The notes below the pieces were generated by a model that did not search any database, had not been told where the DNA came from, and saw nothing but the letters and a program-made list of their open reading frames with translations. A stretch of DNA of 63,667 bases, filler included, from Octopus bimaculoides (Eukaryota), in the NCBI RefSeq assembly GCF_001194135.2. It is 6 parts of 6 records of this genome, joined end to end, with 100 filler letters (N's around TTAATTAATTAA, not from the genome) between each part and the next. Parts side by side here need not be neighbours in the genome. Positions count along the whole stretch, not along the records: positions 23,922 to 49,869 come from NC_068988.1; positions 49,970 to 55,597 come from NC_068996.1; 4 more parts are not named here. The stretch is one strand, 5' to 3'. Shown piece after piece: positions 42,066 through 55,400 of the stretch (position 1 is its first letter; the number at the start of each line of letters is the position of its first letter). A program made the position numbers and the translations under genes.

Positions 42066-42660
42066 AGTGAGAGAGCGGTGTATGCCATCAAACAGACACG
42101 GGGTAAAATATACGACGCCTAGTGTACCCATCATGACTAGCCGTCTAATAAGGGTTCATCAGGCCCTTATCTCATATAAACGGCGCAGGTGGGATCCAGT
42201 TAGAATTTTATTCAGGTCGAGCAGCCCATCCCGTTCAAAAGGTCCCCGAATAAGGGTTGTTTAAGAATGTTGAACGAAACACCATAGTTTCCATAGGTGA
42301 ATTATCCAAGAATTCCTCTCAATACATGGCCATGATGCTCCCCGACTACTTCTGCTTCTGATCAGAGATGCCCATATTGTCAGCCATCAAAGAACATGCT
42401 CAACTTGCTAAAGTCAACCAACAGCTTTTTGTAGGTAGGCATTGATCCTAGGCTGCTATGACAAACTCTTCTGTGTCTGATTTTAAGTCAGAAGATGTCA
42501 ACTATTGAGTGGTAAGGGTTTTATCAATGTTAGCATTATTAGCTCTCTCTCTGAGTATTTGCCATTGAGAGGCTTTTCTTGCCATTTATCATTGAGAATA
42601 TTTAGGGCAGTAGTTTCAACAAGCGTTTTGATAAGTCTAGCTTTTTCTGTGCTTGTTTCC
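42066..42660 (-). mobile_element. R4/Dong-derived short element
   Basis: Minus strand KWQEKPLNGKYSERANNANIDK..LKSDTEEFVIAA*DQCLPT; 3' end abuts (ATA)n/(TTA)n at 42041-42064. Confidence 0.7.
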
Positions 42661-43210
42661 AGTACAACTATTTCTAGGACTCGCTGTTATTACTATCACT
42701 GTTGTTGCTGTTGTTGTTCTTATTATCATAACACATGTATATATGTATTTGCGTTTGTGGTTATGTGTGCGATGCTTTGGTTTATATATGCATATATATA
42801 TATATATANNNNNNNNNNNNNNNNNNNNNNNNNNNNNNNNNNNNNNNNNNNNNNNNNNNNNNNNNNNNNNNNNNNNNNNNNNNNNNNNNNNNNNNNNNNN
42901 NNNNNNNNNNNNNNNNNNNNNNNNNNNNNNNNNNNNNNNNNNNNNNNNNNNNNNNNNNNNNNNNNNNNNNNNNNNNNNNNNNNNNNTATATTCCTATTTT
43001 ATCTCGAAATTCAATTTTCCATTTTACTTTCCCTTCTGAAACCAATCTTGTTATTTAGTACATCTGAATTCTTACAACTGAAAACTAATTCGACTGGAAT
43101 TCTACTGTTTGTGTGCATACAAGCGTGTATGCTTAAGTGTGTGTGAGTGTGTATGCTTATTAGTGGTTGGAATTGTTGAGCTTCATTATACCCGAAACAA
43201 ATCTAAAACT

Positions 43211-43283
<73 letters not shown>

Positions 43284-43775
43284 CGATGATGACGATGATG
43301 ATGATGGTGGTGGTGGTGGTGGTGGTGATGGTGGTGATGATGATGAGGATGATGATGATGATGATGATGATACAAAATAACCATAGGACTTCAAAAACAC
43401 CTACTTCAGAAGCAAGGAAAAGTAATACAAATAGCCACAAAATACGAACAAAACAAAAACTGTTTTCAGTCTTTAAGTAAGCTGACAAATACAAAGTGTC
43501 ATCACGGTGCTATCTACCGATAGGACATTATGCTGTAGCTAGGACACTCTATAATCGAAGTCCGTCCCGAGGACAAAGAAATAAGGACCCATAGTATGGT
43601 AGAAACCATAGCCACTCATAATAAAAAAGGAGTACTAGTGGAATGTCCCAGTGAAGACCTCAATAAAATGTAAGCTCAACAATTTTCAGGCGGGATAAAA
43701 TACTTAGTGGGAATTCGTCGATCTTTACATTCTTAGTTAAAATTTTGCTCAAGCTGACGTTATATATATATACAT

Positions 43776-43809
<34 letters not shown>

Positions 43810-43815
43810 CACAAA

Positions 43816-43894
<79 letters not shown>

Positions 43895-43920
43895 GTGTGT
43901 GTGTATGTGTTTATGTGTTT

Positions 43921-44140
43921 GTGTCTGTGTTTGTCCCCCCTCGCCATCACTTGACAACCGACGGTGGTGGGTTTATGTCCGTGTAAACTAGGGGCTCGGC
44001 AGAAACAGACCGATATAATAAGTACTAGGCTTACAAAGATAAGTCCTGGAGTCGACATATTCGACTGAAACTTCTTAAGGTGGTGCTCCGGCTTGGCCAC
44101 TGTCTAATGATAGAAATTAGTAAAGTAAATTAGAGTAAAA
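43921..44140 (+). mobile_element. 3' half of the microsatellite-containing SINE
   Basis: GTTTGTCCCCCC..TTGACAACCGA..AAGTACTAGGCTTACAAAG. Confidence 0.8.
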
Positions 44141-44619
44141 ATAAAAAAATATATATATATATTTCGCTTAAGCCCTGTTATACTAATACACTCGTGTAGA
44201 ACTCAGCATACGTAAACTTCACAGCGAAACGTCAGTCGAGTACAGAACGGTAAAAACAGTCAGACGACAACGGGATAAGCGATTTTGTAATAAAGTTCAC
44301 AATATCTATTGAACACCAATGTCAAGAAGAACAACAGAGGAAAATCATCGAAGACTATAAAATTCGTGAATCACTGGTTAATACCCGGCTTCGTCATGGA
44401 GTTTCTGTATCTTTCTACTTTCAGGAAGTCTATTGAGGAAATATGCTTTTAAATTAAAAAGAACTGTACAAACTCGTGCGGAAATGATGTAATGAAAATT
44501 ACCTGTAAGGATGAGAAGCAGTGGAGCAATTACTGTAGCAATTATTGATGCATTATCTAGCATTACTGTAATATGGTTAAAATCTCCATTTTCATCAGTC
44601 ATTTGGTCACCAGAACAAC

Positions 44620-45037
44620 CAACAACAGGTGCACCAGCACCACCAGCACCACCACCAACCACAACACATCCATTGCCTCGCGGTTTGGCATACCCTCCCT
44701 ACTCATCCGGCCTTTCTTGTAAGTGTTGATCCGATACACTTTAAAACACTAACGACATCATCGTCAGGCGTTATGCAAGGCCAGCGAGTGTCATGCGCCA
44801 TGTACTTGGATCCAGATTCAGCAAGCTAAGGATAAATACTTTTGATATGTTCTTCGCTATTATCAATTTCATCAACCTCTTCGTCGTCGTCGTCGTCGTC
44901 GTCGCTGTCATCACCACCATCATCATCATCATCATAAATGCTACCACCAATACCACCATCACCACCAATACCAATACCAGCAGCACCAGCATCACTATGT
45001 CCAACCACCACCACCACCACCACCACCACCACCACCC

Positions 45038-45068
<31 letters not shown>

Positions 45069-45196
45069 AGATACTACCACCAATACCACCATCACCACCA
45101 ATACCAGTACCAGCAGCACCAGCACACCACCTCTACCACCACCACCACCGCCCTCCTCCTCCTCCTCCTCATCATATTCATCACCCCTCCCATCAT

Positions 45197-45227
<31 letters not shown>

Positions 45228-45300
45228 AGCAGTAGCAGCAGTACCTGTAGCACGCAACCCCGGCAGCATTTCCAACACCAACATCAGCACCGCTATCACT
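44620..45300. repeat. Low-complexity CAC/CAT/CAG mosaic with a duplicated ~70-bp module
   Basis: TACCACCAATACCACCATCACCACCAATACCA.TACCAGCAGCACCAGCA at 44942 and 45075. Confidence 0.85.
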
Positions 45301-45712
45301 GTAATCTGATCAGCTTTGCAACAAATTAAAACCCACCAATAGCCACAGTACATGTTCATTGATATGTCAATTAGCGACAGGTGGTCAGTGACAGGAAACC
45401 ATGCGAACTAGCAATTTGACTGAAAATGATGCAATGCTGATTATATTATGGTAAATCTGGAAATTGCCTTTATATCTTCGAATTTAGTTAATAATATCGA
45501 ATCATTTGAAGTCATGGAACAAATAGTCGTAATTATATCGGTGGAATTCAACGAAAGCACCTCCTCATCTGAGTACAGTTCTAAAGTGTATGATATACGT
45601 CATTCAATCATATTGTATAACGTTAAATGATTAGCTCGGACTATGGAGCTGACCTCATTCAACTGAATTAGAGCAATCATTGTTTCTAATACTTTTCTTA
45701 ATAATTTTCATT

Positions 45713-46121
45713 AGGCGCAGGACTGGCTGTGTGGTAAGTAGTTTGCTTACCAATCACATGGTTCTGGGTTCAATCACATTGCGTGCCACCTTGGGCACGT
45801 GTTTTCTACTATAGCCTCGGGTTGACCAAAGCCTTGTGAGTGGATTTAGTAGACGGAAAATGAAAGAAGCCCGTCGTATATATGCATGTGTGTATATATG
45901 TGTGTGAGTGTTTGTGTGTCTGTGTTTGTCCCCCCTACGTCGCTTGACAACCAATGCTGGTGTGTTTACATCCCCGTAACCTAGCCGTTCGACAAAAGAT
46001 CGATAGAATAAGTACTAGGCTTACAAAGAATACGTCCTGGGGTCGATTTGCTCGATTACAGGCGGTGCTCCAGCATGGCCGCAGTCAAATGATTCGAGCA
46101 AGTAAAAGAGTAAAATGAGTA
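45713..46121 (+). mobile_element. Complete tRNA/CORE-type SINE with internal (TA)/(TG) microsatellite
   Basis: AGGCGCAGGACTGGCTGTGTGGTAAG head, GGTTCAATC B box, CACCTTGGGCA CORE-like block, microsatellite, 3' half, (AGTAAAAG) tail. Confidence 0.9.
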
Positions 46122-46480
46122 AAAAAAAATGTTGATATGAATCTATTCTTATGAATAAGTAAAACGATCATACCCATCAGTATCGTCCAAGATAAAGAAA
46201 AAAAAATATGATGTGATGATCACGACTGGGAAGGCCTTTCATCAAATCTCTTCTCAAACTGTTCTTAGCATAGGGCTAAAGAACAATTGTTATTATTTTC
46301 TTTGCTCTCGTTGCTCGGAATTGAGTTCAACAAAAGCAGGACCATAGTAAAACTTATTATTTCATTAATGGATTGGAATAGTAGTACTGAAAAATTAGAA
46401 TGTTTTCGAGGTATTTATTTAAGTCAATATAATTTCTGATTTGAAGCCCCATCAGAGTAGAACTTTACTTTCGCTGCCAT

Positions 46481-47085
46481 AATCATTAGTACGCCGGGCA
46501 AAATGCTTAGCGACATTTCATCCTACTTTACGTTCTGAGTTCATATTCCAACGATACCGACATTGCTTTTCGTCCTTTTGGTGTAGATAAAATAAGTACT
46601 AACTGAGGTTGATATAATCGACTTACTTCCTCCCGATATTGCTGGTCTTGTGCCAAAATTCGAAGCCATTATTAATGTGGGGCTGGATTGGCAGAGTCGT
46701 TTATGCATCGGATGAAATGTTTAGCATCATTCTGACTATTAGTGTTCTCAGTTCAATTACGGCTGATAATTTGCATTTCATCCTTCCGGTGAGGATTACA
46801 TAAAGTACCTGTCAATTACTAAGGCCGATGCCATCGACTTGTTTCCTCTCCTTCAAATTAATGGGCTTGGGCCAAAATTAAGACGAAATTACAATTATAA
46901 TTACTAATTGGGTGGTAGATTAGCAAAATATACAAAGTATTATTTCTTCAGCTCTTTACATTTTGAGTTACGATCCTGCCGTGATAGACTTACTCTTTTA
47001 TCTTTCCGAGGTCGATAAAATATGTCGCACTTGAACACCGGGGTCGATGTAATCGATTAGCCCACTCCCTCAAATTTAAAGATTG
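46481..47085 (+). mobile_element. Three tandem degenerate SINE monomers
   Basis: Three copies of TTCT(G/C)AGTT..TTTCATCCTT..GGT..GATAAAATAAGTAC..GTCGAT...ATCGAC. Confidence 0.75.
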
Positions 47086-47129
47086 GTGTTGTTACTATAA
47101 AGCTATTATATACTACTTCAGTTACCAGG

Positions 47130-47465
47130 TATGTTTCTAACAATTCTCCTGTGATATCAAAAATCGTGTTAGGTGTCTTGCAGATTACAGCATATGACCT
47201 TTCTGCAGGTATCAATGTGGATGTTGTGGTGAGTGCACCAATGACTACCGGATGAATTGTCATCTTTGTCCTCGATAATCTATTTATCTCTCTAGCGACA
47301 TCATGCTATTTCTCAGATTTCTTAATTTGTTTGGTATCCATTCGATTTTTAGATGTTATTAAAATATCTGATCATATATTATATTTTTTATGTCACCTAA
47401 AATCACATTTGACCTTCTTGCTTCAATAGTACGATCAGGCGAGAATCCCACAAAATACTGTAATT
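47130..47465 (-). pseudogene. R4/Dong-type RLE fragment
   Basis: WD..PDRTIEARR..; VAREINRLSRTKMTIHPVVIGAL. Confidence 0.75.
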
Positions 47466-47811
47466 ATTATTTAAATTTATTTTCACTAAATGAATATCGA
47501 TATTTCTAAAAGCAGCTATTCAACCAATTACTTCTTTATAAATGCTGTAATATTTGAAAAAAGTGAAACAAATTCATAGAAAATGTGTAACTTTATCTGA
47601 TATCAAATAAATTGAGAATTTATACGGCGCGTAAAGTTCATTATCTAAGCCTATGAAGTGTACGCGTTACTAATATACTTAATGGCCGTTGTCAATTATG
47701 TTTAAACATTTCTGTTTAAAAGTGATTATTTAATTTCAAAGAATACAGTTAGAATGCTAATTTGGAGTGATGTAAATTTGGCTTTTGAAAAATATATGTA
47801 TATTATATTGG

Positions 47812-47960
47812 CTCACGCGTGGCTGCGTAGTAGGAAATTTGCTTCCCAACTACATGGCTCTCAGTTCAGTCCCACAAAGTTTGGTGTACCTTACTATAGC
47901 CCTGGGTTAACAAAACACTTGTAATTGGATTTGCTAGACAGAAACTCAAAGATGCCGTCT
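47812..47960 (+). mobile_element. SINE head (family of 45713)
   Basis: GCTTCCCAAC.ACATGG.TC..AGTTCAGTCCCAC..CTACTATAGCCC. Confidence 0.75.
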
Positions 47961-48123
47961 TTACACACAGACACACACACACACACACACGCACACACAC
48001 GCACACACATACGCACACATACTCACACTCATACAAACACACTCATATACACTCACATACACACACATTCTTTTTATATAAAATTAAGGATAAAATCACT
48101 TTAATGAATTTATCAAGTGGCTG

Positions 48124-48159
<36 letters not shown>

Positions 48160-49053
48160 NNNNNNNNNNNNNNNNNNNNNNNNNNNNNNNNNNNNNNNNN
48201 NNNNNNNNNNNNNNNNNNNNNNNNNNNNNNNNNNNNNNNNNNNNNNNNNNNNNNNNNNNNNNNNNNNNNNNNNNNNNNNNNNNNNNNNNNNNNNNNNNNN
48301 NNNNNNNNNNNNNNNNNNNNNNNNNNNNNNNNNNNNNNNNNNNNNNNNNNNNNNNNNNNNNNNNNNNNNNNNNNNNNNNNNNNNNNNNNNNNNNNNNNNN
48401 NNNNNNNNNNNNNNNNNNNNNNNNNNNNNNNNNNNNNNNNNNNNNNNNNNNNNNNNNNNNNNNNNNNNNNNNNNNNNNNNNNNNNNNNNNNNNNNNNNNN
48501 NNNNNNNNNNNNNNNNNNNNNNNNNNNNNNNNNNNNNNNNNNNNNNNNNNNNNNNNNNNNNNNNNNNNNNNNNNNNNNNNNNNNNNNNNNNNNNNNNNNN
48601 NNNNNNNNNNNNNNNNNNNNNNNNNNNNNNNNNNNNNNNNNNNNNNNNNNNNNNNNNNNNNNNNNNNNNNNNNNNNNNNNNNNNNNNNNNNNNNNNNNNN
48701 NNNNNNNNNNNNNNNNNNNNNNNNNNNNNNNNNNNNNNNNNNNNNNNNNNNNNNNNNNNNNNNNNNNNNNNNNNNNNNNNNNNNNNNNNNNNNNNNNNNN
48801 NNNNNNNNNNNNNNNNNNNNNNNNNNNNNNNNNNNNNNNNNNNNNNNNNNNNNNNNNNNNNNNNNNNNNNNNNNNNNNNNNNNNNNNNNNNNNNNNNNNN
48901 NNNNNNNNNNNNNNNNNNNNNNNNNNNNNNNNNNNNNNNNNNNNNNNNNNNNNNNNNNNNNNNNNNNNNNNNNNNNNNNNNNNNNNNNNNNNNNNNNNNN
49001 NNNNNNNNNNNNNNNNNNNNNNNNNNNNNNNNNNNNNNNNNNNNNNNNNNNNN

Positions 49054-49090
<37 letters not shown>

Positions 49091-49746
49091 AGGATAACAA
49101 GAATGCCAATGTTTTCATATATAAATAATTTTCAAGCGTACAAACTACTTCATGGGAGCGCTGGTACTTATCTCAATCTTGGATCAGAATACATGAAACC
49201 GATTTGGTAGACATGTAAGCGCGTAAAGAAAGCATATTTAACCACCGATATGATATTATCGTGTTCGATATTAGCGTGTATGTACATTGTACGCCAATAA
49301 ACTATTATTGATCTGAAAGTTCCTCTTTACACCTACCACGGACTGCTCGAATTTTACTAACCTCATACACCTAAATCGTTGGATCTTACAATTACATATT
49401 GTATATATAGATATATATATATATGCATATGTGGATGTTTATATATATAGTACCATATTTTTGTTGTGGTGTTGAAAAAATCATGATGTTTATATTAAAT
49501 ATCATACACATTAAAGCGGTGGGTAGATGGACGGTGTTCTAAGATTTGTTTCTAAAATAAGCCATATACAAAATATGCTGCGCAGAAAACAAGGTAAACC
49601 TCAGTATATAGCAGCTACTTACAGCCTTCAAATGTTTTGTATTCATATAGTACAAACATATATAAAACTCTCTACATTATATGTCGCCTTATTAGTTATT
49701 TCAGACTGGAATAGAAAATCATTTTACCTCTATACACACACATACA

Positions 49747-49785
<39 letters not shown>

Positions 49786-49989
49786 ACATACAAATTACAC
49801 AAACAACAAACACATTCACAACGCGTATATATATGTATGTATATATATATATATGTAATGTATATATATNNNNNNNNNNNNNNNNNNNNNNNNNNNNNNN
49901 NNNNNNNNNNNNNTTAATTAATTAANNNNNNNNNNNNNNNNNNNNNNNNNNNNNNNNNNNNNNNNNNNNATATATATATATATAAAGTG

Positions 49990-50020
<31 letters not shown>

Positions 50021-50420
50021 ATGCGTGTGTTTGTGTTTATGTGTAAGTATGTAAGTGAGTGTATGTACATACATAGAACCTTCTAGAAAGCTGCATAGGA
50101 ATGTCTACCCTGGATGCATATATGCTGCAACTGAACCAACTAATTGCACATAAGTGCTACATTAAAGGGCATTAGGGCACTTATGCAGCAGAAACACGTG
50201 TCGAATTGGAATCTAATGTGAATTTAATGAGAATAATATTGTAAGAAACAAGTCTTGAAGATAACGTAGAATTCTACTTTCTTCTTTATGATGTCTTAAT
50301 TATACATATACATACATACATACATGTATGCATATGTGTTTACATTCATATATATGCATAGTATATGTACACATGCATAGGCAATCTATGTAACTATTTG
50401 TCTATATATATATAAAATGT

Positions 50421-50651
50421 AATCACGTGACCAGCCAGACTATCATGTTGTAACACATCGCTGGTCACATTGCAATTTGCATTGTTTTAGCTGGCTAGGG
50501 GAGGAGGCTGACATTTCCACCTGATCGAAAGGAGCAACAGGAAAGGAGGTGTTTTGTTCAAGAACACAACGCACCGCCCGGACAGGGAATCGGACCCACG
50601 GTCTAGCGATTATGAGTGCAACGGCCTAACCACTAGGCCACGCACCTTCAC
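50421..50651 (-). mobile_element. tRNA-derived SINE
   Basis: Minus strand GTGAAGGTGCGTGGCCTAGTGGTTAGG..GGTCCGATTCCC..TTCTTGAACAAAACAC. Confidence 0.8.
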
Positions 50652-50829
50652 ACAAAGACACACACACATACATACACACAAATACATTTACGTGTAGTTA
50701 AATATATGTCCGGTCATAGACTGACCAATGGTTTCGCATCCATAAAGCTCTTAAGTTTATAGACAACTCGTCAGATTCCAACGGCTGCGGGTATATAGCC
50801 ATATAAACAAAAAGATGTTAACCAAATAC

Positions 50830-50881
<52 letters not shown>

Positions 50882-52140
50882 TCTTTTATTCTTTTACTTG
50901 TTTCAGTCATTTCACTGCGGTCATGCTGGAGTATATATATGTATATGTGTGTGTGTGTGTTTGTGTGTTAGTTCAGAATTTAATTATAAATCTAATGAGT
51001 TATGTTATGAGAAAAATAAAAGAGAGAAACTAATTATTAAATGTGTAGCGAAAAGAAAAGACTAATCAATGATAATTACATAGAAACAGAAAAATATTAC
51101 AAAGATATTGGGGGAGGGGCAAAGAAGAGAAATGAAAGAATGGTAAACTAGAGATATAAGACAATCAGGTGATACAGCAGAAGAACAACGGAACTGGCGC
51201 AAATAGGGAGGACTAAAAATAGAAACCTTATCGAAGCGACAAAAGAAGTGACTAGAACAAACCTTCTTAGAAAAATGTTAGACATAAGATTTTATTAATA
51301 CTATTGTTATTACCGTTGTTGTTGTTGTTGTTGTTGTTGCCGTTGTCACTGTTGTTGCTTTTGTGTGGGATGTTTGGCAAATAGACAAAAACTGTCAATC
51401 ATTTTTTTTTTTCTTACGTGAACGTGGTAGAAATACCACAAACATAAAGGAAATTTCGTATGAAAGACAAAGCTGGGTGATTGCAATGTTGTTGTTGTTG
51501 TTGTTGCTGGTGGTGGTGGTGGTGGTGGTGGTGTGTGTGGGAATAGGTAGGGGTAAGATGCACTAGGAAATATATAATGCATATATCATACAATCGCCAC
51601 CCAGAAAATTTTTATTNNNNNNNNNNNNNNNNNNNNNNNNNNNNNNNNNNNNNNNNNNNNNNNNNNNNNNNNNNNNNNNNNNNNNNNNNNNNNNNNNNNN
51701 NNNNNNNNNNNNNNNNNNNNNNNNNNNNNNNNNNNNNNNNNNNNNNNNNNNNNNNNNNNNNNNNNNNNNNNNNNNNNNNNNNNNNNNNNNNNNNNNNNNN
51801 NNNNNNNNNNNNNNNNNNNNNNNNNNNNNNNNNNNNNNNNNNNNNNNNNNNNNNNNNNNNNNNNNNNNNNNNNNNNNNNNNNNNNNNNNNNNNNNNNNNN
51901 NNNNNNNNNNNNNNNNNNNNNNNNNNNNNNNNNNNNNNNNNNNNNNNNNNNNNNNNNNNNNNNNNNNNNNNNNNNNNNNNNNACGCGTAATTAAATCACA
52001 GAGAGCAGATGTGATTATAATAAATGAAAAGGTAGTAAGAACGGTAATGTTTGTTTTCGCCCGAGTGCTATGGACACCAGCACTGCCTATATCTTTTGAG
52101 TATTAAAGAATAATACGCATGTGTGTGTGTGTGTGGGGGG

Positions 52141-52765
52141 GGCTGTGTCGTAAGAAGTTTGCTTTCCAACCACATGGTTCCGAGTTCATTTCCACTGCGT
52201 AGCACCTTTGGCAAATGTCTTCTACTATAGCCTCGGGCCGACCAAAGCCTTGTGAGTAGATTTGGTAGATGGAAACTGAAAGAAGCCCGTTGTATATACA
52301 TATGTATATATATGTGTGTGTGTCTGTCTCTGAGTGAGTGAGTGAGTGAGAGAGAGAGAGTGTGTGTGTGTGTTTGTGTGTGTGTGTATGTGTTGCTGTG
52401 TGGTAAGAAGTTTGCTTTCCAGCAATATGGTTCCAGGTTCAGTCTCACTGCGCAAGTGTCTTCTATAGCTTTGAGCCGACCTACGCCTTGTGAGTGAGTT
52501 TGATAGATGGAAATTGAAAGAAGACTCCAAATTTGTGTGTGTGTGTGTGTGTGTCCCACAAATTTGCCCCCCATCTTACTTCTTGACAAACGGTGGCGCT
52601 GTGCTTAAATCCTCGTAACTTAGCGGTTCGGCAAAAGACTCTGATAGAATAAATAATAGGCTTACAAAGATTCCGTACAGAGGTTGATTTGTTCAATTAA
52701 AATTCTTGAAGGTGGTGCCCCAGTTGGCCACGATCTAGTAACTGAAAGAAATGATGATAAAAGAT
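52141..52765 (+). mobile_element. Two SINE heads plus one 3' half (family of 45713)
   Basis: Heads at 52141 and about 52393; tail 52545-52765. Confidence 0.85.
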
Positions 52766-53574
52766 ATATTAATAACTTGTAGGGACATGGTATTTAATAA
52801 TGCAACCATACTATACTACAAAGTATATTAAATGTTTTTATAAGTCAATACTGTGTTCTACCTGTGTTAGCAATGCTCTTACATCAATTGTTAATGTTAT
52901 CTCTACAGATTTTCGATAGAAATTATAACCAGCACTGATTTTGATACGATATTTTCGTATCCTAGACGGCATATGTAAACAACACCTTGGAAGAATTTTT
53001 ACTGCAACCGAACCAACTAATTACACATAAATGCGACATCAAAAGTTATTAAGACACTGATGCAACAGAAACACGTGTCGGATTGAAATCTAATGTGAAT
53101 AATTCGGTAATAAACAATTTTTGATGTATAATTCTCCTTCCTTCTATATTATGTTTTGATTATATGCATTATCTAAGTATGTATGTATGTACCTATGTAT
53201 ATANNNNNNNNNNNNNNNNNNNNNNNNNNNNNNNNNNNNNNNNNNNNNNNNNNNNNNNNNNNNNNNNNNNNNNNNNNNNNNNNNNNNNNNNNNNNNNNNN
53301 NNNNNNNNNNNNNNNNNNNNNNNNNNNNNNNNNNNNNNNNNNNNNNNNNNNNNNNNNNNNNNNNNNNNNNNNNNNNNNNNNNNNNNNNNNNNNNNNNNNN
53401 NNNNNNNNNNNNNNNNNNNNNNNNNNNNNNNNNNNNNNNNNNNNNNNNNNNNNNNNNNNNNNNNNNNNNNNNNNNNNNNNNNNNNNNNNNNNNNNNNNNA
53501 TATATGGACGTATGTATGTATATGTTTGTGTCTGTGTGGAAAGAAGTTGTCCTTTCCTGGGGATATTTATCCAA

Positions 53575-54010
53575 ATGTTCACCGGTTTAGCTTCATATCA
53601 ATTAATGATACTGCGTATTTTACATTGCATATGTACTAGTTTTCATCGTTGGTTCTTCTTAGTACCATACACTCTTGAAGTCTGTTTTCGCTACAGATGC
53701 TTTCATCTTTTCAATATAGGAGAAATAGTTTTAGCAATGAATAATTGTTTAATAATTTGTGTTTTGATACGAAAAGAAGAAAGCTTAGGAAACTAAATTG
53801 GACAATTAAGGATAAAAATAGGGAGTATACACTTAGATGGGAAATAATTAGCCGAGCAAAATCTTACAGCATTGGGAGCAAAGATGTGGATTCTGTGTAG
53901 AGGAACTTTATCAGATTCTTATATCAAAACTCAAATTATTAAACAATAAGAGAGAAAGAGGCTTTTATTGTGTGCATAGGGTTAAATATACATTTAATAA
54001 GTTTAAATAA
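53575..54010 (+). pseudogene. Penelope-like element GIY-YIG endonuclease C-terminal remnant
   Basis: GLASYQL.. then WTIKDKNREYTLRWEIISRAKSYSIGSK/RCGFCVEELYQIL..LLNNKRERGFYCVHRVK; W..I+..A, C..C..E, LN.+.E and C.H pattern of PLE endonucleases. Confidence 0.75.
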
Positions 54011-54588
54011 ATTGAAATGAATATAATTAAATAGAAACTGAGTAAATAATACGATTATAGATAGGAATAATTATTAAAGCGAAATATGCTTCCATTATTT
54101 TTAAAACGGTTTAATTAAAGAATTAAACAGCATGTATATGCTACCCCAAGGTTGTACCTCTGCTAATTAAATTGGACGAATAATGAAGGAATCCAAACCA
54201 TCGTGTAACTTATTTAAACAAAGTATTAAAAGAGAAAGAGTTTTCTTGTGTATTCATAAACTTTAAAAAATTATATTCATTTTTATTGAATTTAATTAAA
54301 TTTAATCTAGATATACACTGTATGACTAATACAATTCCTAAGTTCCTAAAGTTAAATATATTTTCCTTGTAATTAAATAAGTTTAGATTTTAAAAAATTA
54401 ACACTGTACATATTAAATAAGAATCATATACCTATATCATTAATTATATAGACAGGTATAGGTATGAACCTAAACTATCAAGCAATATATCTAAATAAAT
54501 GATTTATATTAGTAAAATTCTAATATAACTTCTTACAATAAGAATAAACAAAAATAAATAAATTATATACATATATATATATATATAT

Positions 54589-54655
<67 letters not shown>

Positions 54656-55400
54656 TAACATTTGTGTAATATGACGCATAGTGGGACTGAACCCAGGACC
54701 ACATGTGTGAAAGCATGCTTCTTAGACACAGCCAGACTGCGCCTGTGAAGTGCAATGTACATGAAATATTTGCCCTCATATTCAGCTGAATTTCCCTGAT
54801 AATCAGATAAGCAATTAGAATTTTGATTCTCCAAATGAAGGTACTTATCACAGACCAGTAGACATAATAGTACAAGAAGATCATAAAGCGATTCGGACAC
54901 GTGCCTCTTGTATCAGACAGGCTCAATAGATTCTGCTATGTATAAAAGAAAATACATTAGCCGGTGTGTGATTAACAGATTAATGTCTAAGTCAACGAAT
55001 TTACACACAACAAGCTTCGTACAAGTGAAAGAACACACAATTTAAAAGATTATAATATTTAAGAAAGTCTGAACATCAGAAATAAAATATTTGATATGTG
55101 CCCTTGCATGGAGAAGTATATTGTATCCCAATAAAACCTTCTAACATCGCAAGACTTGCTTTTCTTCTAATTGACTGTCCACAACCTACTCTCTAAATTA
55201 GACACATATTTCATATTCATAGATTTTCATAGTCCAATTGTCTTAGACTGCCTTCTTTGCTCATATTCCTATACAGTTAGCTCGAGGTATATACACAGGT
55301 ATGTATACATGTATATACATGTATGAATCGGCTTGTCTGGGTTTGCATATGTATTGTATGTATTTATGCTTTTCCACCGATTTCATTCCATTCTTTACAT

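Larger units (their letters stand above)
50120..53160 (+). repeat. Two diverged copies of a ~170-bp repeat (50120-50300 and 52995-53160)
   Basis: CTGCAAC.GAACCAACTAATT.CACATAA.TGC.ACAT..CAGAAACACGTGTCG.ATTG.AATCTAATGTGAAT shared. Confidence 0.75.

Noticed and set aside
42149-42171. ATAAGGG..CCCTTAT hairpin with minus-strand CTGATGA
   Set aside because: No GAAA or stem III; lies inside the R4-derived repeat.
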